From Octopus bimaculoides (taxonomy: Eukaryota), in the NCBI RefSeq assembly GCF_001194135.2, contig NC_068998.1:55209331-55273330 (forward strand): a stretch of DNA of 64,000 nt, written 5' to 3'. The translations under genes were made by a program, and so were the position numbers. Below, one piece after another: positions 1 to 13,478 of this stretch. Position 1 is the stretch's first letter, and the number at the start of each line of letters is the position of its first letter. The notes beneath the pieces were generated by a model. That model was not told where the DNA came from. It saw only the letters and a list, made by a program, of their open reading frames with translations, and did no database searches.

Positions 1-320
1 CAGACCATAAGATTGGTTGCATCACAGAACTCCAGCAGTCTGGTTCCCTCCTCGTTGCGGGAACCGAAGCCATAGCCTCCATGTATGCCATGGAAGCCCC
101 CAGCACGACGTCCGACATGACCGTTGAAGTCTCCAGCCACAAAGAGAAGGTCCCTGTCACTCGTCGACGAGGTAGTTTGCAAGAGGGTGTCATAGAATTG
201 GTCTTTCAGACCATCTGGTAGCCCAGGTTGAGGTGCATAGGCTGAGATGACAGTAGCTAATCTATGATGAAGCACTAGTCTGATCTTAAGTACTCTGTCA
301 CTTACTCTAACGACCTCGAT
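1..320 (-). mobile_element. RTE-clade non-LTR retrotransposon, APE endonuclease segment (continues off the left edge)
   Basis: Minus-strand 106-codon frame without stops (320 to 3): IEVVRVSDRVLKIRLV...ISAYAPQPG...VAGDFNGHVG...HGGYGFGSRNEEGTRLLEFCDATNLMV. Confidence 0.88.
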
Positions 321-3229
321 TCTGGCCAGATTTAAGGAAATTTTATTTCATTTCAAAAAAAGATTTTTTGAGTGGAGTACAGACGAAATAAAGTAGAAAC
401 TGTTTGTCGAAATGTGGGTTTTTCAGCTTTAAGAATATGTAACTTAGTGAACAATAAATAATTGCTTTAATAACAGGTTCTGTGGAATAGGGATGTGTAT
501 CTGTTACCAGAATTATTTTTATTATCTTTAATCATTTAATTTGTGTAATGTATATTTTCCAGTTACAAGAAAAAAATGCAAGAGATGTTTGAAGATGAAA
601 AACTCTAGTGTTTACTTCAGGTAATTTTTGGTTTATTCAAGATTTAATAACTATATTGCTCTGTTTTTTGGTATGGCTTTAATACAGTTACCAACCTTGT
701 ATTATGACCTTGATTAAGGTGATAATATGAGCTAAGTAATAAGAATTGAATAATAATAATAATAATAAGGCTGCCTGTATGACAGGGATACACATTAGTT
801 CATCTTGCAACAGCCTGCAATAAATATTTGCTGGTGGATTATAGAAGAGTAATTGGTATTTGCATGCACACACTGGATGTGTATATATTTATAGCTAGAT
901 ATGCATACATTTATGTATTCTCCCCATAGACATATGAATATCAAAAGATAAATCTGCTGTAATAAAAAGCTTAATTCATTACAGGTTGATAAATAGCCAA
1001 CACGTTACATTGCAGTAAATTCAAGTAGGCCCAGCCGTTGTTATATTACACACACACACCTGAAATTAATGGCCTTTGAATTTCATTGATGAGTTTTGAG
1101 CTGACTTGAAATTGTCTAGAATGAATGTTAACTGGTCTGTGTGGCATTTATTTCAAATAACCGTTTCTAACATCAGCACAAAATCACACTTGATGCGAGG
1201 AAAGAATTAACGATTTATTTTGTCAACTTTGGAAGGTGGAGTTGATCTTAGCAGGACTCAAAAACACGAGAAGATAAAGGGACATAACTAAACACTACAA
1301 GTTATTCAGTTGGTCAGTTTTGATTTTACCAATTCGTTGTCTCGTATTTCTGAAAGGTATCAGAAACTTTACTGTTTAAAGAGGATAGATATAGATATTA
1401 GAGTTATCTAAATCATAGAAAGTTTTCTTAATATGTTTCATTTGTGAAACAATTTAAGAAGATTTTCTATTTCAAATCATATCAGTTTTTCTTATTTTTA
1501 TATTTCAGACTTTTGGTGACATACTTGGGAAACATTGGTCAAAGTTTGATGTAGGACTCATTATATTGTAGGGGTTGTTGGGTTATCACTTTGTCTTTGG
1601 CATCAACTGGGAATTATCCCAAACTTACTTGAAAAAAGAAAACAATTCAATAACTGAGGAATACTTTCCATTGACCTTTTAAAAATACTATTTTTCTATT
1701 TCTTCTGAAGTCTGTTAGACCTCAATCATATTGAGTTGGCCATTTATATATATTATATATGTGGTTTATATTTGTTGTCTCAAGTAATTCAGGATTGAAC
1801 ACTTTATAGATCTGCAAGGGCTGAGCTGGTAACACATTGGATTCGTTTCTTATGAAGCAGAGGTTCAATCCCTATCGTAGTCGACTGAATTATTGAAGAC
1901 ATACTTCATTATAGTGACTTTAATTAAACAACCCATTCCATAAACCAGTATCAAAACTCACGACCGAAATACCAGCTGATGGAAACTGGAGTGTGGCAGT
2001 AAAACATACAATTTATATTTATCTTTACGTAAATTAGTTTTTCCAGATTTAATTCTTGTAATGAGTTAAATTCATTTGTTGAACCAAAGAACATAATTTA
2101 ATATTTCAAAAGTAAGAGACAAGCACAAAATTGAGGAACTGTTTTCAAAGAGATATTTTTCTTTTATAATTTCTTCTTTATAAATAAAATGCTTTACCTT
2201 TTTTTATATCTGTTCCACTCAACATTCCGCTTATTGAGATGTAAAATTAATAAAATAAATTATTTTCATAAAAATGAAAGTGTGTTTTGATTTCTTCTTT
2301 TTTTTAATTGCTTAAACGATTGTTAAAAAATGTTTAAAATTTTGCTTTTTTACACCTTAAAGGGAAAGTTTCTTATTTGCTGAATCCTGGTTTAGATGTG
2401 ATTGTGAGGTCAAGGAGCTTGCTTCCTTATTACGAGGTCTTGGGATCAGTCCCACTGCACAGCACCTTGGTCAAGCTCTTTTTACTATAGTCCCAGGTTG
2501 CCTTGTGATTGGATTTGGTAGAGGAAGGATATGTTTCACAAGATATCCTTCCTCCTACTAACATGGGATCAATGGTGAACTATGTAAATGTTTTATTTCA
2601 TAAAAATAGATATTTATATTTTCTTGAACTTATATATACATACTTTTATATTGTAGAACAATATATTTATGACATGTCAGAATGTTACTGATGGTTTCAC
2701 ACCAACCACTGCACTTGGCAAGATCAATGACTCTTTAGGCATTGTGCTAACCAAAAGTACAATGTCTCTTATTTGCTGGAGATGAATATGCAGACTTGGT
2801 TAACTCGGTGATGATAGAAAAAAATGGAATGATTAAAGCAGAACTGAAAAAGGAATAAAAAGTTTGAACATTTTTCTGAAGGAAAGAAGAGTTGCGTCCC
2901 CTGGTACAATGTCGGCTGCGGACGAAAGGAATCGGCTGAACATGTTTTTCATTCTCTCATCCAAAAAAAAGTGATGACTCTATCCAGCATGAAGGCAGCA
3001 ACAATATATTTTACATTTTTGAATTCTGTAAGTCACCTGGATTGTGTAAAGTTTTTAGAATGATTCTTTTGGCAATTAAGCAAAACTTGCAACATATACT
3101 TCCATTCAGGCATAACCCAGGCTGTTCCAGTTGTTTTTTGTTGGTATTCTTTTCTCTTTGAATCACAATATATAGCTAGCTAATGTTGTAACATTGCACC
3201 TCTCTTGAATTCTAGCGAGGAATCTGTGA

Positions 3230-3860
3230 TTATTTAACCTGGCCTTAAAGGGACCCTCCGTTGCACCAACTTATTTCTGTGAGTTTGTCCCACAAATCTG
3301 TTCCATAGACCTGCTTAACCCTACATGAGCATCCTGTCTGCACAGAGCTTGGGAACATTTACTATTACTTTTTTTTCACACCAGGCACGCAGCTAAGCAA
3401 GACCTTTAGGTTGTGCCCATTGAATAATCTCTTATACCTATGGGACTGTGTGAAATATTTATCTACAAATCTAAGGTAAGTCCTTGCCATACAAGTTTTT
3501 CATGTTGAGTGAGAAAGGTGGGGCAAAGCAGAGGCTGCACTTTCTCTTGTGGGCATTAGGGCCACATACAAGCGATGTGATCCTTACACCTACTGGCTAC
3601 TAGAGCCTCATTGTAATAGGGATCCACTTCTTTATTCAAGGTTTGAAATCCTATTACTGATACCCTTTACAAGGTTTTTAAACAGTAAAGGGGGCTGTGT
3701 TGAGTGTTACATCTAAGAAGTTTACCACGGTGTAGTTGGTCTCTATGGTAGCTTAAACCCTAGGGAACCAGTCACTTCGTAGGCCTGTCAAGGGTGTTCT
3801 CCATTCCAGACTCTAGAGATGGCTTAAGTGTCATCCTTTGTAGAGGCCGAAATGGTTTGA
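3230..3860 (-). mobile_element. Degenerate Penelope-like retroelement RT fragment
   Basis: Minus-strand remnants in the expected order: frameshifted FGLY(R)DD at about 3826-3852, TIETNYTVVNFLDVTLN at about 3700-3750, and LRFVDKYFTQSHRYKRLFNGHNLKVLLSCVP at about 3380-3475. Confidence 0.75.
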
Positions 3861-5559
3861 TGGCTATTTCTTACTTACACTATATTTCATAAAGCTTCTA
3901 TAAGGACAGCAATGTGTCACAGAGTTAACTGCTACCCTGACTACTGCCACCGCTACTCACTTTCAGCAGTATAATGTTTATATAATTATATATATTTATG
4001 TAGTTGTATGTGTATATATATGTTTATGCAATTGTATATGTTTCTATCTAATACTGTATTCATGCCTGTAAGTATAAATAAATCACTGTTGTATTGACTT
4101 CTTCCAGCAGAGTAGATATATTATAAACAACAGTTTGTTAAGATATTTATCTGTCAAAACTTAGGTTATGTTTTTTAAATCTCTGTCATAATATGTAGAT
4201 AAATATCATCATCATCATCATCGTTTAACGTCCGTTTTCCATGCTAGCATGGGTCTGGGAAGCGAGGAGGCTGCACCAGGCTCTGTTGTGATATAAAATA
4301 ATTGCATGACAGAAATTCAGTTTTAAGCAAGATTTGATCACAGAACATAACTAAATACTTGAGATCTTTTGTCAGATGCTCTAATAACTCGGCTAAAGCT
4401 ATTCCTTGTAATGTAATCCCCTGTAGACATACCAATGTCACCTGATACAACACTGGCATCCACCTTGTTTTGCTATTCGATTATTGGTGGCTGCTTATTT
4501 GAATTTGAGAAGCTAACCATCTTATTCATATCTTTAGTTATTTTAGATTGCATTTCTGCATACAACAACAATAACAACAACAACATCGCAGGTCAATCAC
4601 AGTTTTATTACATTTCTGATTGATGTCAATGGTGGGGGGAGGGGGAGGAGAAGGTTTTGTTTGTCCTTTGTTCTTAGATTCCCACCAGTGTTTATATCAT
4701 GCACTGGGATAAGACACACATGCACAAGCACACACACACACACACATACACTCTCTCACATACACATTTATTCACATTCTTTCACACACACATACACAAA
4801 TGTATATACATGCATGTGTGTGTATATATACACTCGTGTGTGTGAATACAAATATGTATATAAACATTCATATATAAATATGTTTGTCCCCCACCACCCC
4901 TGACAACTGGTGTTGCTGTGTTTACATCCCTGTAACTCCTGGGGTTGGTTTGTTTGATTTAAACCTTTCAGGGCAGTGCCCCAGCATGGCCACAGTAAAA
5001 AATAACTGAAACAAGTAAAAGATAAAAGATATGTATGTGTGTGTGTGTGTGAGGAAAGCAGAAAATGGAAATACAATTGATGAATAACAATTGATTTACA
5101 TCAATTATCATTTATTAATTAATTACAAAAAGACAGAATCTCATCTTACAGCTGTCTCTGTTAGTGTGATTCCCAGGTTTAACCACCACAATAATAATAA
5201 TAATAATAGTTATCATTGTAAGTAATTAATTACACCAATTTGGATCACGGAAATTTATCAGCAGAAAAGTAAATAAAATAAAAGAAGAAAAAGCAGGAGA
5301 AAGTGAGAACAGCGTTGACAATCAATTCATGCAACGAATCTGACCCAGTGTGAAACATTCGACCAACTGGAATTTAGAAACAGAATTGAGGTAGTCATAA
5401 TACTTAGTGGTACATTCCTATATGTGGGGGGGGGGGTTAAAAACTCTATGAGCAATATGGTTAGGTCAAGAAGATAAAATAAAAAATAAATATAACTTTA
5501 GTTTATTTTGTATGTATGTAGAGAGAGAGAGAGAAAGAGACAGACAGACAGACAGATGT

Positions 5560-6050
5560 AGGTTCAGCTCACACCAACAACATTCTGCCCAGATATTGTG
5601 ATCTTTGCAAATTGCACCAAACAAGTGATCATGTGGGGACTGTCTGTGTCCTGACAGGAACACATGGAGGGGGCTGATGAGAGGAAGCCAAATACGAGGA
5701 ACTGGTAGAGCAATGCAGAAACCAGGAATGTCGTTGAGGCTATTGAAGGGGGCTGCTGAGGTATTGTAAGGGGTTCATTCTGCAAGGCTCTGACTGGGCT
5801 TGAAGTTACTGGTGCAGTAAAGAAGAGAGCAATAGATGCTGTTTCTGAATCTGTAGAGAAGGCCACTAGGTGGCTTGGGATAGAGTAGAGTGATGGTCTG
5901 CTGTTATTGCAAATGCAAATGGGGACTTGATCAACCCTGGTTGGGCCAAGTGGGCAAAGAGGGGTGGAGGCATTGGTCTGAAATCGAAACAGCTGAAATC
6001 CTTCTCTAAGACCCCAGAAATATCCCTGATGAAACATCCCAGACCATTAG
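5560..6050 (+). mobile_element. Degenerate HERO-like (RLE-bearing) non-LTR retrotransposon 3' end
   Basis: With stops and frameshifts: PDIVIFANCTKQVIMW...EGADERK/KYEELVEQCRNQ/AIEGGC*G...FCKALTGLEVTGAVKKRAIDAVSESVEKATRWLGI*. This resembles the restriction-like endonuclease C-terminus of the HERO clade as I recall it. Confidence 0.72.
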
Positions 6051-6360
6051 CAAGATAGATCTAGGAACAAACACTCTCATCAACAAATATCTTACAGATT
6101 AAACTCCCCTTTAATCCTAAGACTTATTCTATACTAAAGATATCTTGAGACCCATACTTAAACAGTATAAACACATCAGAATCAACTCTAATCTTTTTGA
6201 TAACAGGCTGCCTGAGACTGTCTCTGGCTCTGTGATACAAGTTTCTCACCTTTGATCAAAATTCCCTTTTCCAAACACCAGCTTAATGTAGCAAAATTAT
6301 TTAATAAATTCATCATCATTTTCAAAATTAATTGATACAAGCAAAGGCAGAGTGACAGAA

Positions 6361-6574
6361 ATCATCATCATCATCATCATCATCGTTTAACGTCCGCTTT
6401 CCATGCTAGCATGGGTTGGACGATTTGACTGAGGACTGGTGAAACCGGATGGCAACACCAGGCTCCAGTCTGATTTGGCAGAGTTTCTACAGCTGGATGC
6501 CCTTCCTAACGCCAACCACTCAGAGAGTGTAGTGGGTGCTTTTACGTGTCACCCGCACGAAAACGGCCACGCTC
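6361..6574 (-). mobile_element. RTE-type 3' end / RTE-tailed SINE with (GAT)n tail, truncated by N-gap
   Basis: (ATC)n-gtttaacgtccgctttccatgctagcatgggttggacg...ctggatgcccttcctaacgccaacc; near-identical to 40271-40445. Confidence 0.8.
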
Positions 6575-7899
6575 NNNNNNNNNNNNNNNNNNNNNNNNNN
6601 NNNNNNNNNNNNNNNNNNNNNNNNNNNNNNNNNNNNNNNNNNNNNNNNNNNNNNNNNNNNNNNNNNNNNNNNNNNNNNNNNNNNNNNNNNNNNNNNNNNN
6701 NNNNNNNNNNNNNNNNNNNNNNNNNNNNNNNNNNNNNNNNNNNNNNNNNNNNNNNNNNNNNNNNNNNNNNNNNNNNNNNNNNNNNNNNNNNNNNNNNNNN
6801 NNNNNNNNNNNNNNNNNNNNNNNNNNNNNNNNNNNNNNNNNNNNNNNNNNNNNNNNNNNNNNNNNNNNNNNNNNNNNNNNNNNNNNNNNNNNNNNNNNNN
6901 NNNNNNNNNNNNNNNNNNNNNNNNNNNNNNNNNNNNNNNNNNNNNNNNNNNNNNNNNNNNNNNNNNNNNNNNNNNNNNNNNNNNNNNNNNNNNNNNNNNN
7001 NNNNNNNNNNNNNNNNNNNNNNNNNNNNNNNNNNNNNNNNNNNNNNNNNNNNNNNNNNNNNNNNNNNNNNNNNNNNNNNNNNNNNNNNNNNNNNNNNNNN
7101 NNNNNNNNNNNNNNNNNNNNNNNNNNNNNNNNNNNNNNNNNNNNNNNNNNNNNNNNNNNNNNNNNNNNNNNNNNNNNNNNNNNNNNNNNNNNNNNNNNNN
7201 NNNNNNNNNNNNNNNNNNNNNNNNNNNNNNNNNNNNNNNNNNNNNNNNNNNNNNNNNNNNNNNNNNNNNNNNNNNNNNNNNNNNNNNNNNNNNNNNNNNN
7301 NNNNNNNNNNNNNNNNNNNNNNNNNNNNNNNNNNNNNNNNNNNNNNNNNNNNNNNNNNNNNNNNNNNNNNNNNNNNNNNNNNNNNNNNNNNNNNNNNNNN
7401 NNNNNNNNNNNNNNNNNNNNNNNNNNNNNNNNNNNNNNNNNNNNNNNNGATAAAATGAGGGAGCAGTCAAACGCAGGAGTTGATGAAATTGGAAACCCCT
7501 CGATATCGTCGTCGTAGTCATCGTTACCCACCACACACTGCACCATATGTTAACCTTTTTTTGTAGACAGAAATTTAATTCCCTAGCACTTAGCTACTTG
7601 GGAGAATTTTTTAAATTATCGAGAAACGACGAATTTTGTTTTTTTTTTAGCTTCAGACAAATGAATATATTTCGAGCATTTGGTTAGTGCATGAGAATAA
7701 AGTAATCCTTAGCATCACACAATTTGTTTACTATCCTTGTGATGCCCCCCCCCCATCTATGCCACTGTGGCTAATTAAAGAAATTATTATTGTTATTAAT
7801 AAAAAAATATAATAATACAAATGAAAAACAAAAATTGAAACCAATTTTTAGCTGATTACAACAAACATGCTTTTCAGGTTTTTATTTCTCTTTTTTCCT

Positions 7900-8346
7900 C
7901 TGATCGAAGGGAACTCCTTTATTTCTTCTTGTCCCACTTTTTCACTCTCTGTCGTCCATGTCTCCTATCGTCACTTCTCTCCGTTGACAACCACTGCTTG
8001 ATACAAACCTTAAACTCCTTTCACATCTTCTCTCCTGCTTTATCCGTCCTCACATCGCAAACGGTGGAGATTTATTCGATATGACGTAATGCAGTCGTTA
8101 TTATGTTGATGAAGAAGAATCTCTACGACAGTTATTAGTTGTAGAACACTGTTGCTTCTCTTGCCGCTGCTCACCTCTCGCGGAGCTTTCTTCACCACAA
8201 AGCCATATAAGGCAAAAAACATTACAACTCCATTTCCACAGTTTCTTTGTATGATCTCCATCTCCCACCAGGCACCACGTTTCGCCTTCTCACCAATAAT
8301 ACACCAAATATTAATGGCCAGATTACTTTAACCTCGAAACGTGCAG
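7900..8346 (+). promoter_or_regulatory. CpG-retaining regulatory island with perfect CArG box and CRE-like site; possible non-coding first exon
   Basis: CCATATAAGG at 8203-8212; TGACGTAA at 8082-8089; possible donor CAG|GTATTG at 8347 (weak). Confidence 0.35.
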
Positions 8347-11300
8347 GTATTGTAGAACAATAATTTTTCTACGGAAATCGACACGTCCACCCACTTACGC
8401 ACATGCACACACACACTCACTCGAATTCCTAATGATTTAATACTCATCTTTATAGACATTATCTTAAATAGAAACCTTGTGTGTGTATGTGTGCGTGCGT
8501 GTGTGTGTATGTAAATAAGTGCACGGCATATTAATGGCGTGTCGTAAGAGTGGAGTTGGTTTCGCTTTGATGCTGCGATAACCACGTGTTGGATGTCACT
8601 TAAGGAGCAATCATTTAGCCGTATTATAGATACACATTAAAATTCTAGATACGCATACAGAAATAGAGAAGGAGAGAGGGAGGGAGACAATCTATATAAC
8701 AGAATATACGCGAAGGAATGAATTAACGAACGAGTAAAAGAATGCGTTTATGGCAGAGGTAAACATTAGAGAAGATATTTAATGTTTGCCATAGAAACGG
8801 TGAGATGTGGATGTCGGCGACTCTAAGAAAAAGTTGACAGAAAGAGTTCTCAATAAGTTTGGTGTTATGGGAAAGAGAGAGGGGGGAGACAACGACGGAG
8901 AGAGAGAGAGGAAGGGAGAAGAGCATTAATTTGAATTTGAACGGGTTTTGTAAAAGAATTGATCAAGCAAAAGCTTCGATATTTGAAACGTCTCTTAAAG
9001 GGCAGACAGCCTACCATAATTATTGGATGCTGAGAGAACTCCTGAAAAGATAAAGGCCAAGATGATTAGAGAGAGGGAGAAAGAGAGAGAGAGAGAGAGA
9101 CAAAGATGCAACAATTAAAACAGCAGAAAATAAAGACCAATGGCAAAGAATTGTTGGCTGAGGCACTGAAAGAGTTGGTGATTTCAGACGATGAGGATAA
9201 CGGTTTTACTTAAAAGACAGCTGAACAGTGTTCAATAGTTACTAAAGCAATTACTTTCATAACTGCTTGAAGAGGATTTCTATCTCAGATCTAACGATCC
9301 TCTTAAAACACAAGGGTACTGAGTTTGTTTGTTTTTTTTTAGTGCCCAGCAGGTAGTTATAGGTTCCACTTTGACTCTCGACCAGGCCTCAGACCAGGCC
9401 AACTGCTGGACCTTCCCTCCTCTCTCTCTCTCTCTCTCTCTCCCTTTTCCATTCGTGCAATGGGTCAGATGGAATATGTTGGGGTAGAATTCCTTTTTAT
9501 GGCTAGATGCCCTGCCTGTTCCCAACCCTCAAGTAAATAAACATTTCCCCTGTCAAGATAACGACATACATACATACATATATACTATGGTCTCCTTTTA
9601 GTTTCCACCTACCAAATCCACTCACAGGGTTTTGGTTGGCCTGGGGGTTATAGAAGACATTTGTCCAAGGCGCCATGCAATGGGACTGAACCTAAAACCA
9701 TGTGATCAGGAAGCAAACTCTTTAACCATTCAGTCATCCCAATGCCTGGCCTAATCAGTTGGCTGCTAATTTTGTTTTTCCCTTTGCTAATCTCATGCTC
9801 TGTGGTTTTCTAAGATTCTTTCTGTATCATCTGAGCCTATTGAGTCAAGTTGACCTGGTTTAATAAACTGTTTCAATCTGGTAAAATCATTGCAGACAAA
9901 TCTCAAACAGTTCTGAGATCTAAAGGCAAACAGAGTGAGATTATGTAAGATGTTTAGCCATAAAACATAATGAGTTCTTTTGATCTTCCTCCAACTGAAA
10001 TAAATAGAACTTGTCTGTCAGTAAACCAATCAAACAGTTTGAGGTATGATCTACTGACATGAAATTCCCCAGAATATACACAGAAAAATTCTGTTCTTTA
10101 TCAATCAATATTATTTTCTCACATTCTGCCCACTGCTAACAAAGTTACATACGAAATTTGTATGTGTGAAAATTGATTAAAAATCAATATTGATTTTTCT
10201 TTTTTTATGCAGTCTTGATAATAATGATTATGATTGTGGTGGTGATACCAATGAAAATATTACAGTGTGCAGCTACTACTGCTACTACTACTTCAATTTA
10301 AGGGTGATGTTTATTGCTGATATAGCTAAGTTGTGCAAGGTAAAAAAACAAAACAAAAAACCAAAACACTTAACTGAGCAATTCCTGCAAAACAGGAATT
10401 GGCCATTTAACATCTCAGCAACGTAATTCTCAGAATTGATTTTCCCCCTGAACCTGAGAAGTGAGGAAATTGTATTTCTGCATTGGTCGTCATCAAATAA
10501 AATTTATATATTTTTTCAGAATGAATCTGTGGCTTTATAGCAAATTCTTCAAGCAAATCTTTGAGACAAAAGTTCTATTTTCAGGGGTGTCTCTTGGTTT
10601 GTTGACTAATCTTTAATTGTATTCCATTATTGTGAAACAATTGAAAAAGCAAACACTCTCAATTGCAGAACCTCAAAAGAAACATCTAATTTGGCAGACT
10701 TCCGTTACCATTTAAATTCATGTCTTTTAGCTTCATAGATTTCTATATTTCATTTTAGAACCTCGTTACCAAACATAAGAATCTTCGATATTTTAATTTG
10801 TGGGTGGATAAAGGCTTGCAGCCAGATTATAATTGCCAAAATTTCCTTATTATTTCAAATTATTTCAACTACTTAGGTGAGATTAAGCTACTTGTGACTC
10901 TAACAGTCAATTCCTATGAAGTGATCTCAGCTCTTAAACTATTTATGAGGTCAAAGATGGCATTGGATGTCACCCAGAACAGAAGAAGAAAGCTTTGAAC
11001 GATGAGAACTGGGCTGGAGTAAAGCCATCAGAAGGAAGGCCCCAAAATGTTTTGCATTCTCTCCCGATGATCCGTCAAACCTGCTGGCATCCAGTCTGTG
11101 AGGCTTTCAATTGACGGCCTTTGCACAAGCAGGCTCTCTCTCTCCTCCCCCTCCTCTCCACACACACATAAAATTGGGCTTTCAGTTTCCATCTTCCAAA
11201 TCCACTCACAAATCTTTGGTCAGCCTGGGACTATAATAGAAGATATTTGCCCAAAGTGTCACGCAGTGGGACTGAACCTGAGACCATATAATCATTCCTG

Positions 11301-12461
11301 CACCTATGAAATAAGAGAATCTCCTTAAAGGCAGTACTCTAGCATGGGCTGCACGTCCAATGACTGAAACCAGTAAAAGAGTAAAAGAACAATTTGTTTT
11401 GCACCAAAATGTGCAAACATATTGATTGATCATTGAGGCATTATGGGGTTAAAGAGATCAATAAATGTCTGTTGATTTTTTTTCAGTGCCAAATATTGGT
11501 GTTTGTCTGAATAGATCTTAATATTCTTCCCTTTAATTCACAGAAAATATGTTGGAGCCAGATATAATGTTGTGAGAAACCAATAGCAGCAATTATAACT
11601 CCGTTTCAATTCTTGGTGGTGGTGGTCGTGGTGGGCAAATTCAATTTATTTTAGATCTCAACGTTGTTGTTGTTGTTGTTTAATTGTAGATCAGTTCTGA
11701 TCAAGCAGAACTATGGTGAAAAATATTCTCCTTTTTATTTTTTTAAAGACAAAATATTCAGAACCATATAATGTGTTCTTCCTTTTATTGAAGTGGAAGA
11801 GTGTAACTAAAAGGAATTTTTGTTGCTATTTCTAGCAGGCCACTCCAAGCCATAAATGGTGTTTCGTTAGTTAAATGTGTTGATGTCTTTAGGAAAGGTA
11901 ACAATGTTCCAGTTTCCCACCACTCTTTGCTAAAAATATTTGTGCTGAGCCTAAAGAAATGAATTGTTTTTCAACTCAAATCAATGATTAATTCCAGATA
12001 TTTCTTCTTAGCTGAAGCCAGGACTAACGAAAGAAGAAAAAAATATTGATTTCCAATATTAGTAAAAAAAAACAAAAGATCAAATTTATTGATAAGGAAC
12101 ATAATTAATTAAGAAAGAGTAGAGTTAGTCTCACCATATTACTAATACTTATTTTACTGACGCCTGAGAGATAAAAGTCAAGTCGATTGCTATGAGGTTT
12201 GAACCCAGATGCAAAACAATGCAATTAGATATGGCAAGGAATTTTATCTGGTGCTCAACCAATAGTGATCTCTTTTATCTTCCATTAGAGGAAAAAATAT
12301 GATTACAGGTTTCTAAGACCCATTTCTTTTAGTTCTGGATGAGAGATATTTACTCCTGTGAGAATGGGCTGTTGTTTATTGCTGGTGACTTTCACACATC
12401 TGATATCTATTTGCAACAACTTGTGGGATCGATTAATGCAAATTCAAATTCAAAACACATT

Positions 12462-12779
12462 ATGCGATAAGGAAGAAAGAAAAGTCAAGAGATATGACAG
12501 GTTAGCTTGGGAAGTTAAGCAGTTGTGGTCGATGAAAAAGGTGGTAGTAGTACCAATAATTGTTGGAGCCCTGGGAACAGTGAGCAAAAATCTCGAGAAG
12601 TACGTGGAACAAATAGGGGCTGCAATAAGGGTGGGCCACTTGCAGAAAACAGCACTGCTTGAAACTGCTCGAATACTCCGGACGGTGCTTGAAAAATAAG
12701 AGGTGTTACCTTAGTTCCCTGGTAGGGAACAGCTGGCACTGTAGTACAACTCCAGTGTTAGAAGCTATGCAGCAAAGGC

Positions 12780-12815
<36 letters not shown>
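12462..12815 (+). mobile_element. 5'-truncated R4/Dong-like non-LTR retrotransposon 3' end with (AAT)n tail
   Basis: KEERKVKRYDRLAWEVKQLWSMKKVVVVPIIVGALGTVSKNLEKYVEQIG...HLQKTALLETARILRTVLEK* (stop at 12697-12699), short 3' UTR, then (AAT)n at about 12780-12815. Confidence 0.8.
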
Positions 12816-12816
<1 letters not shown>

Positions 12817-13427
12817 TATATGCNNNNNNNNNNNNNNNNNNNNNNNNNNNNNNNNNNNNNNNNNNNNNNNNNNNNNNNNNNNNNNNNNNNNNNNNNNNNN
12901 NNNNNNNNNNNNNNNNNNNNNNNNNNNNNNNNNNNNNNNNNNNNNNNNNNNNNNNNNNNNNNNNNNNNNNNNNNNNNNNNNNNNNNNNNNNNNNNNNNNN
13001 NNNNNNNNNNNNNNNNNNNNNNNNNNNNNNNNNNNNNNNNNNNNNNNNNNNNNNNNNNNNNNNNNNNNNNNNNNNNNNNNNNNNNNNNNNNNNNNNNNNN
13101 NNNNNNNNNNNNNNNNNNNNNNNNNNNNNNNNNNNNNNNNNNNNNNNNNNNNNNNNNNNNNNNNNNNNNNNNNNNNNNNNNNNNNNNNNNNNNNNNNNNN
13201 NNNNNNNNNNNNNNNNNNNNNNNNNNNNNNNNNNNNNNNNNNNNNNNNNNNNNNNNNNNNNNNNNNNNNNNNNNNNNNNNNNNNNNNNNNNNNNNNNNNN
13301 NNNNNNNNNNNNNNNNNNNNNNNNNNNNNNNNNNNNNNNNNNNNNNNNNNNNNNNNNNNNNNNNNNNNNNNNNNNNNNNNNNNNNNNNNNNNNNNNNNNN
13401 NNNNNNNNNNNNNATATTATATATATA

Positions 13428-13478
<51 letters not shown>

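Noticed and set aside
8393-8400. Minus-strand GTAAGT donor (ACTTAC on +)
   Set aside because: The would-be exon is (TG)n-rich, and I found no minus-strand coding exons downstream of it.
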